Assembly (NCBI RefSeq): GCF_001194135.2 | Contig: NC_068986.1 | Span: 26,360,022-26,424,021, forward strand | Reading direction: 5' to 3' | Origin: Octopus bimaculoides | Taxonomy: Eukaryota | Length of the DNA stretch: 64,000 nucleotides | Part shown: positions 1-14,887 of the stretch, in pieces | Layout: every line of letters begins with the position of its first letter | Numbering within the stretch: position 1 is the first letter of the stretch | Translations under genes and position numbers: made by a program | The notes under the pieces: model-generated | What the model was told of the DNA's origin: nothing | Databases searched by the model: none | The model's input: only the letters and a program-made list of their open reading frames with translations

Positions 1-79
1 TGCTTTGGTATAGTTTGGAGAGCTCAATGTCGACTATTATATAGAGTGTACTGGATGCCTTATTTTCCATCTATATATA

Positions 80-2368
<2,289 letters not shown>

Positions 2369-4028
2369 TGTTTCAAACAATAGTGTAATATTCCCCATAC
2401 ATATTTTGACAGGTGTGTTATTTAATGCGTTAATACCATATAAGAAGCTGTGTCATAAACATATAATTCCTCGTTAACTATTTTGGCAATAATACCTACG
2501 ATTAACACTCTCTCCCTCTGTCTCTCTGTCTGTCTGTCTCTCTCTCTTTGTCTCTCNNNNNNNNNNNNNNNNNNNNNNNNNNNNNNNNNNNNNNNNNNNN
2601 NNNNNNNNNNNNNNNNNNNNNNNNNNNNNNNNNNNNNNNNNNNNNNNNNNNNNNNNNNNNNNNNNNNNNNNNNNNNNNNNNNNNNNNNNNNNNNNNNNNN
2701 NNNNNNNNNNNNNNNNNNNNNNNNNNNNNNNNNNNNNNNNNNNNNNNNNNNNNNNNNNNNNNNNNNNNNNNNNNNNNNNNTTTTAATTAAAGGATACGAC
2801 TGAACTGATTAATTCAAAGATCATCACAGAACCATCCATATATAGAACTTAAATGTGATCTATTATCTTTTATCTTTTACTTGTTTCAGTCATTTGACTG
2901 TGGCCATGCTGGGGCACCACCTTGAAGGGTGTTAGTCAAATAAATTGTCCCCAGGACTTATATCTTTTTTTTTTTTAAGCCTAATACTTACACTTTCAGT
3001 CTTTTACTGAGCCGCTAAGTTACAGGGACATAAACACACCAACACTGGTTGTCGAGCAGTGGTGAGGGACAAACACAGACACAAAGATACACACACACAC
3101 ACATAAATATATACATACACACATACACACATATACACGTACATGCATTCATACATACATACATACATACATAATACATACATACATATANNNNNNNNNN
3201 NNNNNNNNNNNNNNNNNNNNNNNNNNNNNNNNNNNNNNNNNNNNNNNNNNNNNNNNNNNNNNNNNNNNNNNNNNNNNNNNNNNNNNNNNNNNNNNNNNNN
3301 NNNNNNNNNNNNNNNNNNNNNNNNNNNNNNNNNNNNNNNNNNNNNNNNNNNNNNNNNNNNNNNNNNNNNNNNNNNTATATATATATATATATGTATGACA
3401 GGCTTCTTTCAGTTTCCATTCTACCAAATCCACTCACAAAGCTTTGGTCAACCTGAGACTATAGTAGAAGACACTTGCCCAAGGTGTCATACAGTGGGAT
3501 CGAATCTAGAACCATATCATTGGGAAGCAAGCGCCTTACCTCACAGCTATGCCTGCTAGACATTTCTGACACAGCATTCAGTCTGATTATGTTATACTTA
3601 CTTTTAAGACATTTTTCCTTAAAGGAATAGTTTATATCTATAACAGCATATGTGACTCTTGGACTCGGAAGAGGAGAGAAACTAACTGGATAGATTGCAT
3701 CAATGACAATTTGTTAAATTTCTCCACAAGTGCAGGGTGGTTATGTGGTAAGAGGTATGCTTTCCAGCCGCATGGTTCTGGACTCTGTCCTGCTGTGTGG
3801 CACTTTGGGCAAGTGTCTTGTACTATTGCCCTGGGTCAATCAAAGCCTTGTAAGTGGATTTGGTAGATGGAAACTGAAAGAAGCCCATCACACACACACA
3901 CATAGTCCATTCTGATGAGTGGTTGGTGTTAGGAAGGGCATCCAGCTGTAAAAATCCTGCCAAAACGGTTACAGAAGTCTGGTGCAGGCTTCTTCCTGGC
4001 CAGGTGTTGTCAAACTGTTCCACCCATG

Positions 4029-5011
4029 NNNNNNNNNNNNNNNNNNNNNNNNNNNNNNNNNNNNNNNNNNNNNNNNNNNNNNNNNNNNNNNNNNNNNNNN
4101 NNNNNNNNNNNNNNNNNNNNNNNNNNNNNNNNNNNNNNNNNNNNNNNNNNNNNNNNNNNNNNNNNNNNNNNNNNNNNNNNNNNNNNNNNNNNNNNNNNNN
4201 NNNNNNNNNNNNNNNNNNNNNNNNNNNNNNNNNNNNNNNNNNNNNNNNNNNNNNNNNNNNNNNNNNNNNNNNNNNNNNNNNNNNNNNNNNNNNNNNNNNN
4301 NNNNNNNNNNNNNNNNNNNNNNNNNNNNNNNNNNNNNNNNNNNNNNNNNNNNNNNNNNNNNNNNNNNNNNNNNNNNNNNNNNNNNNNNNNNNNNNNNNNN
4401 NNNNNNNNNNNNNNNNNNNNNNNNNNNNNNNNNNNNNNNNNNNNNNNNNNNNNNNNNNNNNNNNNNNNNNNNNNNNNNNNNNNNNNNNNNNNNNNNNNNN
4501 NNNNNNNNNNNNNNNNNNNNNNNNNNNNNNNNNNNNNNNNNNNNNNNNNNNNNNNNNNNNNNNNNNNNNNNNNNNNNNNNNNNNNNNNNNNNNNNNNNNN
4601 NNNNNNNNNNNNNNNNNNNNNNNNNNNNNNNNNNNNNNNNNNNNNNNNNNNNNNNNNNNNNNNNNNNNNNNNNNNNNNNNNNNNNNNNNNNNNNNNNNNN
4701 NNNNNNNNNNNNNNNNNNNNNNNNNNNNNNNNNNNNNNNNNNNNNNNNNNNNNNNNNNNNNNNNNNNNNNNNNNNNNNNNNNNNNNNNNNNNNNNNNNNN
4801 NNNNNNNNNNNNNNNNNNNNNNNNNNNNNNNNNNNNNNNNNNNNNNNNNNNNNNNNNNNNNNNNNNNNNNNNNNNNNNNNNNNNNNNNNNNNNNNNNNNN
4901 NNNNNNNNNNNNNNNNNNNNNNNNNNNNNNNNNNNNNNNNNNNNNNNNNNNNNNNNNNNNNNNNNNNNNNNNNNNNNNNNNNNNNNNNNNNNNNNNNNNN
5001 NNNNNNNNNNN
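4029..5011. other. Assembly gap (N run); other gaps at 2557-2780, 3191-3375 and 53782-54335
   Basis: Runs of N in the sequence. Confidence 0.99.
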
Positions 5012-5870
5012 NCAATCAAAGCCTTGTAAGTGGATTTGGTAGATGGAAACTGAAAGAAGCCCATCACACACACACACATAGTCCATTCTGATGAGTGGTT
5101 GGTGTTAGGAAGGGCATCCAGCTGTAGAAACTCTGCCAAATTAGATTGGAGCCTGGTGTTGCCATCCGGTTTCACCAGTCCTCAGTCAAATCGTCCAACC
5201 CATGCTAGCATGGAAAGCGGACGTTAAACGATGATGATGATGATGATGATATATATATGTATATATTTACCAATGTCATGTAACAAGCACCCTGCTGGTG
5301 GCATGTAAAAAGCACCATTCGAGCATTGGGCCTCATGGAGACAATGACAAAGTGAGTACTGGGGTCAATTTGTTTGACTAAAATCTTTAAGGCAGTGCCC
5401 CAGCATGGTCACAGTCCAATGACTGAAGCAAGTAAAAGTTAACATAGAAATAAAAAATAAATTTGGCACAAAGTGAATGTGTCAGTGATTTAACAGCATA
5501 TGAGAAAGAGTTTGGTATTTATCCTGTAATTCTCAGGAGTAGGATACAATGGATGTTATAGTTATTTTGTTAGCTGCAAGTTAGCCCTGATTGAATAGAT
5601 TTATGATTAAAGCATTCAAGCTATGACCAACCTGTCTTCTATATTTTTTTCCTAGCATTATATAGGATAGCCTTCATTGACTCCAATGTGTTCTCTTTTA
5701 GAAGACAGCAGGATGTGGTTTAATGAAAGTATGGTTGCTATTTCTTGTAGGTTAAGTGTCCACATAGTGACACCCTCATTGGCTCGTCACTATGGATGTC
5801 ACATATGTAACCAAGGGAGTTTCAACAAGTTAAGATAACTTTGTTACCCACAAACATCCTTGCAAATATA

Positions 5871-6085
5871 CTCTTTTACTCTTTTACTTGTTTCAGTCAT
5901 TTGACTGCGGCCATGCTGGAGCACCGCCTTTAGTCGAGCAAATCGACCCCAGGACTTATTCTTTGGAAGCCTAGTACTCATTCTATCAGTCTCTTTGGCC
6001 GAACTGCTAAGTTACGGGGACGTAAACACAGCACCATCGGTTGTCAAGCGATGTTGGGGGGACAAACACAGACACACAAACATAT

Positions 6086-6148
<63 letters not shown>

Positions 6149-6316
6149 TACGACAGGCTTCTTTCAGTTTCCGTCTACCAAATCCACTCACAAGGGTTTG
6201 GTCGGCCTGAGGCTATAGTAGAAGACACTTGCCCAAGATGCCACGCAGTGGGAATGAACCCAGAACCATGTGCTTGGTAAGCAAGCTACTTACCACACAG
6301 CCACTCCTGCGCCTAT
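5871..6316 (-). mobile_element. tRNA-derived SINE, full-length copy with internal (TA)n
   Basis: Reverse complement starts ATAGGCGCAGGAGTGGCTGTGTGGTAAG with A-box-like and B-box-like segments; high similarity to the copies at 10051 and 61044. Confidence 0.88.
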
Positions 6317-7664
6317 ATGATTATTACTTTCTAATAATTATTTTAATTTTGTGCATTTTACATATTAAATGGTTATGCATTTTGATAAGTGAGAAACCCA
6401 TTGGTTGGAATCTTGGTGATGTCCATGGACATAGTGAAGAAAGGTGGTCTTACAGATACAACATTGCCAAATATAGAACAAGTGTGTAGCTCAGCTCTAA
6501 ACAGTATATTTGTAATTGATGATTGTATGTTGTTTCATATATAAGGATATTACACCACCACTGAAAACATGGGCCTTAAAGGTTGACAAATTTAAGATAA
6601 TGTATTGTTTTGTCATAAAGGAGAAGCTAATTTTTTTTGCTTTTTTTTTTCAATGCAGCCTCTTCAAATACAACAGATTTTCATTCATAGCCTTGCTTTA
6701 CTGCGCATAGCATCCCTTTTCTTACCACTTACATAGTTTAAGAATAGAGGTAGTAGCTTCACCTCTAATATTTCATCATATCTGCAGCTGGTGATGTCAG
6801 CAACCAGAAAACTTATCTACTACTTCTGGGTAGACATTTGAGTAGCCCATAGTTGTAAGTTTATTACTGCTCATGCTGTTAGCTATTTCAATGCAGCAGG
6901 TACCTTGAAGATTTGATTCCTGGTGAACATACATATTTCATCATACCTTTTGTGTACCCAAAATTCTACTACTGTGCTGTATATCACACAGAGACACATC
7001 CACTTTGTAATTAAACAATTAAGCACTTAAGCTGTTATTTTAACAATATATTTTGTGTATATGTATGCATAGATGTATGTATGTATGTATGTATGTATTT
7101 ATGTGGATGTATGTATGCATGTACGTATGTATACATATATTTGTGTGAACATGTGTGTATGTGTGTGTGAGCCTATTTGTGTTTGTTTCTATGTGTAGCT
7201 ATATATTAAAAAAAAAACAGTCTGACATTAATTGATTCAATCAATTTTATTCTTATAAGGAAAAGGTTGACAGTGAATTTGAAGTTTCTGCTTAGTTGCT
7301 TTCATCTGACAAAGACAACTAAGTTAAGACTTCTCAAGTCTCTGTCTTCCTTGTAAAAATGTGTATGTGCATGTGTGATTGCATATGTGTGCATGCACAT
7401 TTACATGTACATGTGTATATAATTATGTGTAACATAAGCACTAAATAATAAGCACATCATGCATATATGTTTTCTTTACCTTCTTGTGTACTCAGTATTG
7501 TTATAAGAATGAATCCAAATGTTTGATCAACTGAAGAATATTCTCTCTGGCCACAAATAAAAATTTTTATATGTTGTTTTTAATATTATTAAGAGGTGAG
7601 AACATGACAAATTGGCTGATACATTAAAAAGTAATACACAATATTTTAAAAGCAGTGAGCTGGC

Positions 7665-7862
7665 AGAATTTTTAGCATCCAGGCAAGATGCTTAGCAGCA
7701 TTTCATCCATCTTTAAGTTCTCAGTTCAAATTCTACCAAGGTTGACTTTGCCTTTCATCTTTTCAGGGTCAATAAGTACCAGTTGAGTACTGGGGTCATT
7801 GAATCGACTTGGCTCCTCCCGCCAACTATTGGCCTTGTACCAAAATTAGAAACCAACATTAT
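7665..7862 (+). mobile_element. Second short interspersed repeat family; related copies at about 19320-19520 (+), 31045-31260 (-), 48890-49110 (-), 50560-50755 (-)
   Basis: Shared core gttcaaattc..aggttgactttgcctttcatcct..ggggtcaat..gtactggggtca. Confidence 0.7.
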
Positions 7863-10050
7863 TATGAGAATCCATCTATAAGCTGGTTGAAAGATTGATA
7901 GTATGGTTGCTATTTCTTGTAGGTTAAGTGTCCACATAGTGACACCCTCATTGGCTGAGACAATTAATCTTCAGATAGTACCATTATACCTAACTACAAA
8001 CAAGTACCATGGGTGGAGCAGCACTCTGTTATAAGCATCATAAGACCTGTGTTTCATTAGCTTGTAGTGTGGGGTTCAAATTTTAAGAAATATAGCTGTC
8101 TTATGGAGAAGCATGGACTCTACCTCTGCCAGGTTGCTTTTCTCTTGAAAACACATGATGGCAACAATTTTAAGTAAATTCCTGAGAATATGATACTGAA
8201 GAGGACTTAAATTGCAAGTAAATATACTACTATTAAAGTTAGGAAGCATCGTAGAACAAGAGATGGGCTCCCAATGAGCCAAGTTCTAAACTTGGTTTCA
8301 ATTTTCAGTTGTAGCAATTTCACTTTACTAACATGTCTTTGAAAAAAACACAAATATCATACAAGCGCTTTGAGGTTTGAAGAAATCAATATCATTAAAG
8401 AAACATGTGGTGAGAATTGTAGAAATAAAAGCCATGTTCCCAGAAAACAGAGGCTGTGTCATGACTTCAATTCCCATGTAAAGCTTATTCACTACATATA
8501 TCTTCTAAAGACTTATGTATCTAGTGAGGGAAAGAAATCAATATCCTTATAAGATAATTAAGAAACTATTTACAAAATGACATTGAAATTTTTGGTAATG
8601 TTTTCTTTTTAAATTTTTAGAATAAGTTTTCTTAACTTTCAGATACTTCAGAAAGTCATGCATTATCAAAGATCTCATTTGTCATTCCTATTAGAATAAC
8701 AAACAACATACTTTAAGGAGAAACCACGAGGAGTGACCTCTACTTGAACTAAACAATTACTCATTGTTTTTTAAACTCATTGTAGACGTAATACCGTAAT
8801 GTATAAACTAATATATTATTGTTATTCTTATTCATATTCATAATTCCTAGTACTCTTATACACAAAGAAAAGACAGATATGTTTATGATAAAATAGATGT
8901 ACCAAATCAAAATATATTTAAGAGTAAGAATGAAGTTTAAAAAATACAAGATATGTGTAGAATAAGACTTGAAACATGCAAAGTCTAAATGTTTGTCAAA
9001 TGTCTACAAAAAAAAAAAAAACTCCAAACCAATCCTCTTCAGCTTTTATTTGCTATTGATAATGCATTTCTGACAAATGCTGTTTATTTTCTGATAGAAG
9101 TATAGAGATATAGACATAGGCATGGCTATGTGGTTAAGAAGGTTGCTTTACAACCATGTAGTTTCATGTTCATTCCCACTATGAGGCATTTTGGGCCAGT
9201 GTTTTCTACTGTCACTCCAGGTCTTTTGAGTGAATTTGATAGGAGAAACTATGCAGAAGCTTGCCATGCATGTGTATTTGTCTCTCAATGTTTGGCAGTT
9301 GGTGTTGGTTTGTTGACATACCTATAACTCAGCGCTTTGGAAAAAAGAGATTCCCAGAATGAGTACCAGACTAAAAATAAGTACTGGAATTTATTTGATC
9401 GACTAGACCCATTAAGTTGGTACCCCAGCATGGCCACACTCCAATGACAGAAACTAGTAAAATAATTAAAGAATATCATAACTTTTAGGCTTTCTTTTTT
9501 CTTTTTTAAGTATGGTGGAGACAGCTGAGACAGGAGAGAAACAAAATTGAATGCTTTATGTACTTTACACTTTTGAATTGAAATCCTGCTGTGATTGACA
9601 TTAACTTCCATTACTTTTAATTCACTAACATAAATACATTTAATATACTGAAATAAATTCAATGGACTATACTCACTCTCTGTGGCAATAAACTTGTGCT
9701 TAGTCAATCAAAACCAATTTTTGTTGTTTGGTAGTAAACTACTTAGAAAAGTGATGAGCTCCAGATAACTGAATCTGTGATGTAGATTGGATTGTCAATT
9801 AAGCACGAACATTACAAAATCAAATTATCTTTACAGTATCATGCTTAATATTGTGCATTTATTTTGTAGTTAATGATCAGAAATATTTTCTACTCATCTT
9901 GTTAAAAAATATATATTAGCAATATCATCAATATTAATACCAAGAGGCAATATTTATCCCCACTTAAACGTGGATGTTCTGTTAGAACAAACTATACTGC
10001 AGAGGATATCGTGAGAGAAACTCTCATACTGGGTTTTGGTACAAAATGCT

Positions 10051-10426
10051 CTCTTTTACTCTTTTACTTGTCTCAGTCATTTGACTGCAGCCATACTGGA
10101 GCACTGCCTTTAGTTGAACAAATCGACCCCAAGACTTATTCTTTGTAAGTTTAGTACATATTGTATCAGTCTCTTTTGCCGAACTGCTAAGTTACGGGGA
10201 TGTAAACACACCAACCTCAGTTGTCAAGCAATAGTGGGAGGGACAAACACAAACACACAAATACATATATATATGATGGGCTTCTTACACTTTCTGTCTA
10301 CCAAATTCACTCACAAGACTTTGGTTGACCCGAGGCTATAGAAGACTCTTGTCCAAAGTACTACACGGTGGGAATGAACCTGGAACCATGAGGTCGGGAA
10401 GCAAGCTTCTTACCACACAGCCATGC
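10051..10426 (-). mobile_element. tRNA-derived SINE, same family; further partial or diverged copies at 2868-3555 (-), 3731-3890 (+), 9117-9470 (+), 17940-18170 (+), 27200-27440 (-), 46570-46720 (+), 53282-53431 (-)
   Basis: Shared blocks cttttacttgtttcagtcatttgactg, gccgaactgctaagttac and ctatagtagaagacacttgcccaagg. Confidence 0.85.
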
Positions 10427-13400
10427 CACCTCCAGTACTGAGTCCAGCAGATCATGTGATATCAATCTTCCTTGGTCTTGTCAATGACAGATGCTCAGCC
10501 GGTAAGGACATCAGTGATGCATCTCCCCATCAGCGATATATAAAATAACAGTGTCAGAACAGGCGCTGGTGTTTTGATTAACCAGTGAGCTTGTTAACAA
10601 AATTTATATTAGCGTCAGAAGCAGTATTAATACAGAGAGGTAATATTTGTCCCCACTTAAATGTGGATGTTCTATTAGAACAAGCTATACTGTAGTAGTT
10701 ACCCCGAGAGAAACTCTCATATTGGTTTTTGGTGCAAATGCACTCTTGTTTATATCGCTAGTGGGGAGATAAATCCCTGCCACCTCCAGCACTTAGACCA
10801 CCAGAACACTTAGTTTCATAAGACTCTGGTTAAACATTGTTCAGTGAATTATCCCCTGGTAGGATGCCAGTATGTCACAGGTAACATTCATAGAATATCT
10901 GGTACACAAAAGACACAAAAGGCTTGCAGCTAATTTGAGCATAAAGTCTATGAACTGTTAATCTCACCTGTGTGGCCTCTTCATTTACTACCTATTCATT
11001 TTTAATATCAAATCAACAGTATTAGTACTCGTTACTTCCATTTATCTGCAGCTCATTACCTGTTTAGATTAAAATCTTGAAGTTGAATTAAAACTGAATT
11101 AATTTTCTCTTATTTTATACCTAATTTGATAGGCAATTCTTACATCAGGACTGACATTTAATCTCCTTTTAAAGATTCTCAAAAAGTTAATTATAAATCC
11201 AGATATTATCACAGAGTAACAGGATTTTCCTACATTACATATAATAAAAAAAAAGAAAAAGTACCAACAGCAATAATAATAATCGTCACCACCCATTAGC
11301 ATCCCATAACACACCGAAGCTTCGTCTAACTCATCTCACATGAGATTATTTTTGCTCAGTATTGTGGCATGTCTTCTTTTACCTATAAGTTAGAACGTCT
11401 TGGATATATCATATGTACTGCTTAAACCTAAGTAAAGCTTCTGAGTTCTTATATTACTTAGACAGTTATAACCAATTAGTCTCTTCTTTTAGTTGTTTTG
11501 CTTATTTTTAATTATATCATATAACTTACTTCATTTTTTAATATAACAGATTTACAAATGATGAAAAATTTAATATATTTTAGCACCTTGATACATTTTT
11601 CAGCATAAAGTAAAAGGAAAGTCTGTCAATTTGAACATATTCCCTCATCAATTTCAGAAGCTGCTATACTAATAAGATATCTAAAATTGGAACAACTCAC
11701 ATTTTCCATCTCCTCCCAGTACCACCCTATGAAAATAAACTTACAGCCCTATCCACGTGTGACTGCACAGGGTTCTTAAATTTTCTGCAGCAGTCTGAAG
11801 CTAGAATTTACAATGATCTATATCAGAAACCTTAAAAATAGCAACAACGAGGGTTTCTTCTGCAGTTTCTGGTACCACTGTGTCGAGGGCACATGGACAT
11901 ATTCAGAAGAAGCAACAAGTATGACACTGGAGTTCAGAAATAGTTTAGGAATAAATTCCTCGTAGAGGAGAAGGTAGAGTAATTGTTACTGAAAACATAT
12001 GAGCATCTCCTCAAAAGGAGTGTAGACAGGTATTACCTCAGTGGAAATATTCTCACATCTCTTAGCCCCCAGAGTGAATCTATAAAAACAAAGAACTCTA
12101 TTTAGAAGTATTTTTAGCGCCTAGCTTAAGAATTAATTGAGAGTATACTATGTAGCATGATGGGTAATGACAACCATTTCACTTATGTACATATCCACAT
12201 ACATACTCATATATCCATGCACCTGCACATAGTTACTACAAGCACATGCACTCACACACACTCTCTCTCTTTCTTTCTCTCCCTCTCTCTCTCTTTCTTT
12301 CACACACACATATACATATTTATGCACTTGCACACTTTTAAGTGATTATGTTATTTTAAACATAAAAGTACTTATATAGACAGTGGAAAAAAAAAACTAT
12401 TTTCCTGTCGAATTGTAACATTTTTTTCATGCTTATTTTCCAATTTGTTTTATTGAGACATTATTCTGTCATTTGTGTCTACCTAGCTTCTTAAACCTAT
12501 CATTATCACTGTATTCATTGTATGTACAGAAAGAAAATACATATTAAAAATAGTAAAAAATAGCAATCCTGAAACAGAATCAAATGCAGTTTCATGAGTT
12601 TAAAGCACATAAGGTTTAATATATATTTATAGCAAAGCTACAACTAAAAGCCTAAAACTGAAAGCATTTTGTTACTATTTTATCTGGTATGAAAGATTTC
12701 TCACATGCTTTATGACAAGAATAGAGACTTTGTTAAAAATATTGTATGGATGATGCAGTTAAGTTGCTGAATAATAATTCTGATTTGTTTGGACTATTTT
12801 TTTAAACACTGTTATAGAAAAGACAAATAGTTTGAATAGTAAAATTCCAGTGATAACAAAAAAGGTAGAAAGAGAGATAGTGGAAGAAGAAACATGTTTA
12901 GTTGATTACAGTTGGTTAATCTGCAATAGAGACCATTGTTGTTTCAAAGTAATTTTGATTACTAAGAGTAGGAGTGGAAACATTACAAATTTTTGAAATC
13001 ACTGCCATAAAATGAATCTCAGGACTTGCACAAGTCTAGTGACATCTTTCACTGATTGGTTATATTTACTGTAGAAAGCTTAAAAGTAAATCATTCAAGA
13101 AATTTCAGCAAAGGAGTCTCTACATAAGGCATGGGCAACTTTTTTTTATAAGAAGCAGATCACATGAGACATGATTCATCTTCAGGTGGGCTGCACAACA
13201 AAAAAAATTCAAGGTAATGTTTCATCAACTATGCTATTCAGAAGGTCATGTAGGTCACAATAGTCACTTGACCTGCTTGTAATAGTAGCGTAATCTCCCT
13301 CGAATCACACTCTGCTGCCTTTACAGATGAAAAAATGCTGAAGGTTAGGAAAAAAAAAAAAGAAGACAGTATGGTCACAGTTAGAATGCTTTTGATCAAA

Positions 13401-13796
13401 GTTAGTTTGACCTGGGCCAACTTAGGGTTAAATAAAATGACGTGCTTTCATAAATTGGACCTTGCTCATCTACCCAATCCCTTTGTCTGATCCATATCGA
13501 GTATTGTGAGAGATTAGCTTTTCTAATGAAATCAAACTCTTAACATTATGGACTGCACGTGTGGTAGGACAAATGAAAGAAATGAAGTGGCTTCTACAAT
13601 GTTCTTTCAAAAATTTGATCCATTAAATTTTTTATTTGAGTGGTAAAATTATCTCCCATTACACACACACACCCATGCATGTACTCACGCACACACGCAT
13701 GTACTCACACACACACATACACACAAACTCACACACTACATTATACATAGAGACACAATGTAGATACATATATAACACACATGCATACACAACACG

Positions 13797-14150
13797 GGAT
13801 ATGGCACTTTGGTCTAAAACCCCTTTGGTCTAAACCACTTTAGTCTCAGACACATGGGTCTAAAAGCATTTTCGTCAAAAGACACTTTTGTCTAAGCATT
13901 TTCATCTAAAGACAAATAGGATTATTAGAGTATAGTTATTTAGATCTTTTACATTTTTTGTTTGAGATTCTATAGACAAAATAGTTATTAGACCAAAGTG
14001 AATTTAGACGAAAATCTCTTTATATTGAATGGCATTTAGACAAAACTGTCTTTCGACTATAGTGTATTTATACAAAAGTCACTTTAGACCAATGTTCTTT
14101 AGATCATAGTGCATTAGACTGAAGTGTTTTAGACGAAAAGTCCTAGATCC
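13797..14150. mobile_element. Foldback MITE, Mutator(MULE)-like, with internal GTCTAA/TTAGAC subrepeats in opposite orientation in each half
   Basis: TIRs GGATATGGCACTTTGGTCTAAAA versus reverse complement GGATCTAGGACTTTTCGTCTAAAA; flanks CACAACACG and CACAACACA form a 9-bp TSD with one change. Confidence 0.7.
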
Positions 14151-14887
14151 CACAACACATATGCAGATACTACACAAACATTTACTAGCTAAATGGACAT
14201 GGTAGAAATAACATATACGACATGCTAGAAAAAGTAACTAATTCATCTTCAATCTCATTTCTAAAATCTTGGGATAAAAACAGAAGGAAACATTGGCAAA
14301 TGTTGTCCTGGTACACTATGTGATTAAGTAAGGGTGGTCATAACTGGAATACCTTTATCAAAGTTAACAACATGCAAACTTAGACACATTTGTACATTAG
14401 TACTAGAATACTGTAACAAGGACTTATGACTGGTTATATTCGAGACCTCATAAAAATAGAGAAAATTTGATATAAAAGTACAGTCTACCCAAACATATCT
14501 GGAAATCAAGGTTGAGATGCTGCTCCTTACTGTAAAAATTAATTTACTGTAAAACAAATAACAATTTTACAGTTACACATTTTGCTTTCAATTTTTCAAC
14601 GGAAAGGGATGGTTAGGCAGTAGATAAGTGTTTGATTAAGTACTATATATCATCATCATTTAACGTCCACTTTCCATGCTGGCGTGGGTTAGATGGTTTG
14701 ACTGGAACTGGTAAGCCAGAGATCTGCACCAGGTTCCAATCTGATTTGGCATGGTTTCCACACACACACACACACACACACGCACACACACAACACGCAC
14801 TCACGTGTGCATGCACACACACTCACACACAAATTTACGTATGTACAAATATATATATCTATATATGTGTGTGTGTGTGTGTGTGTA

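Noticed and set aside
3823-5175. Long 340-450 aa ORFs and the repeat of 3837-3950 at about 5012-5125
   Set aside because: The ORFs run through N gaps. The duplicated flank is repeat sequence on either side of a gap and most likely an assembly overlap.
11144-12079. Two minus-strand segments with good splice signals (12079-12037 and 11229-11144)
   Set aside because: When joined, every frame hits a stop and the peptides resemble nothing I recognise. They could be lncRNA exons but cannot be supported without RNA data.
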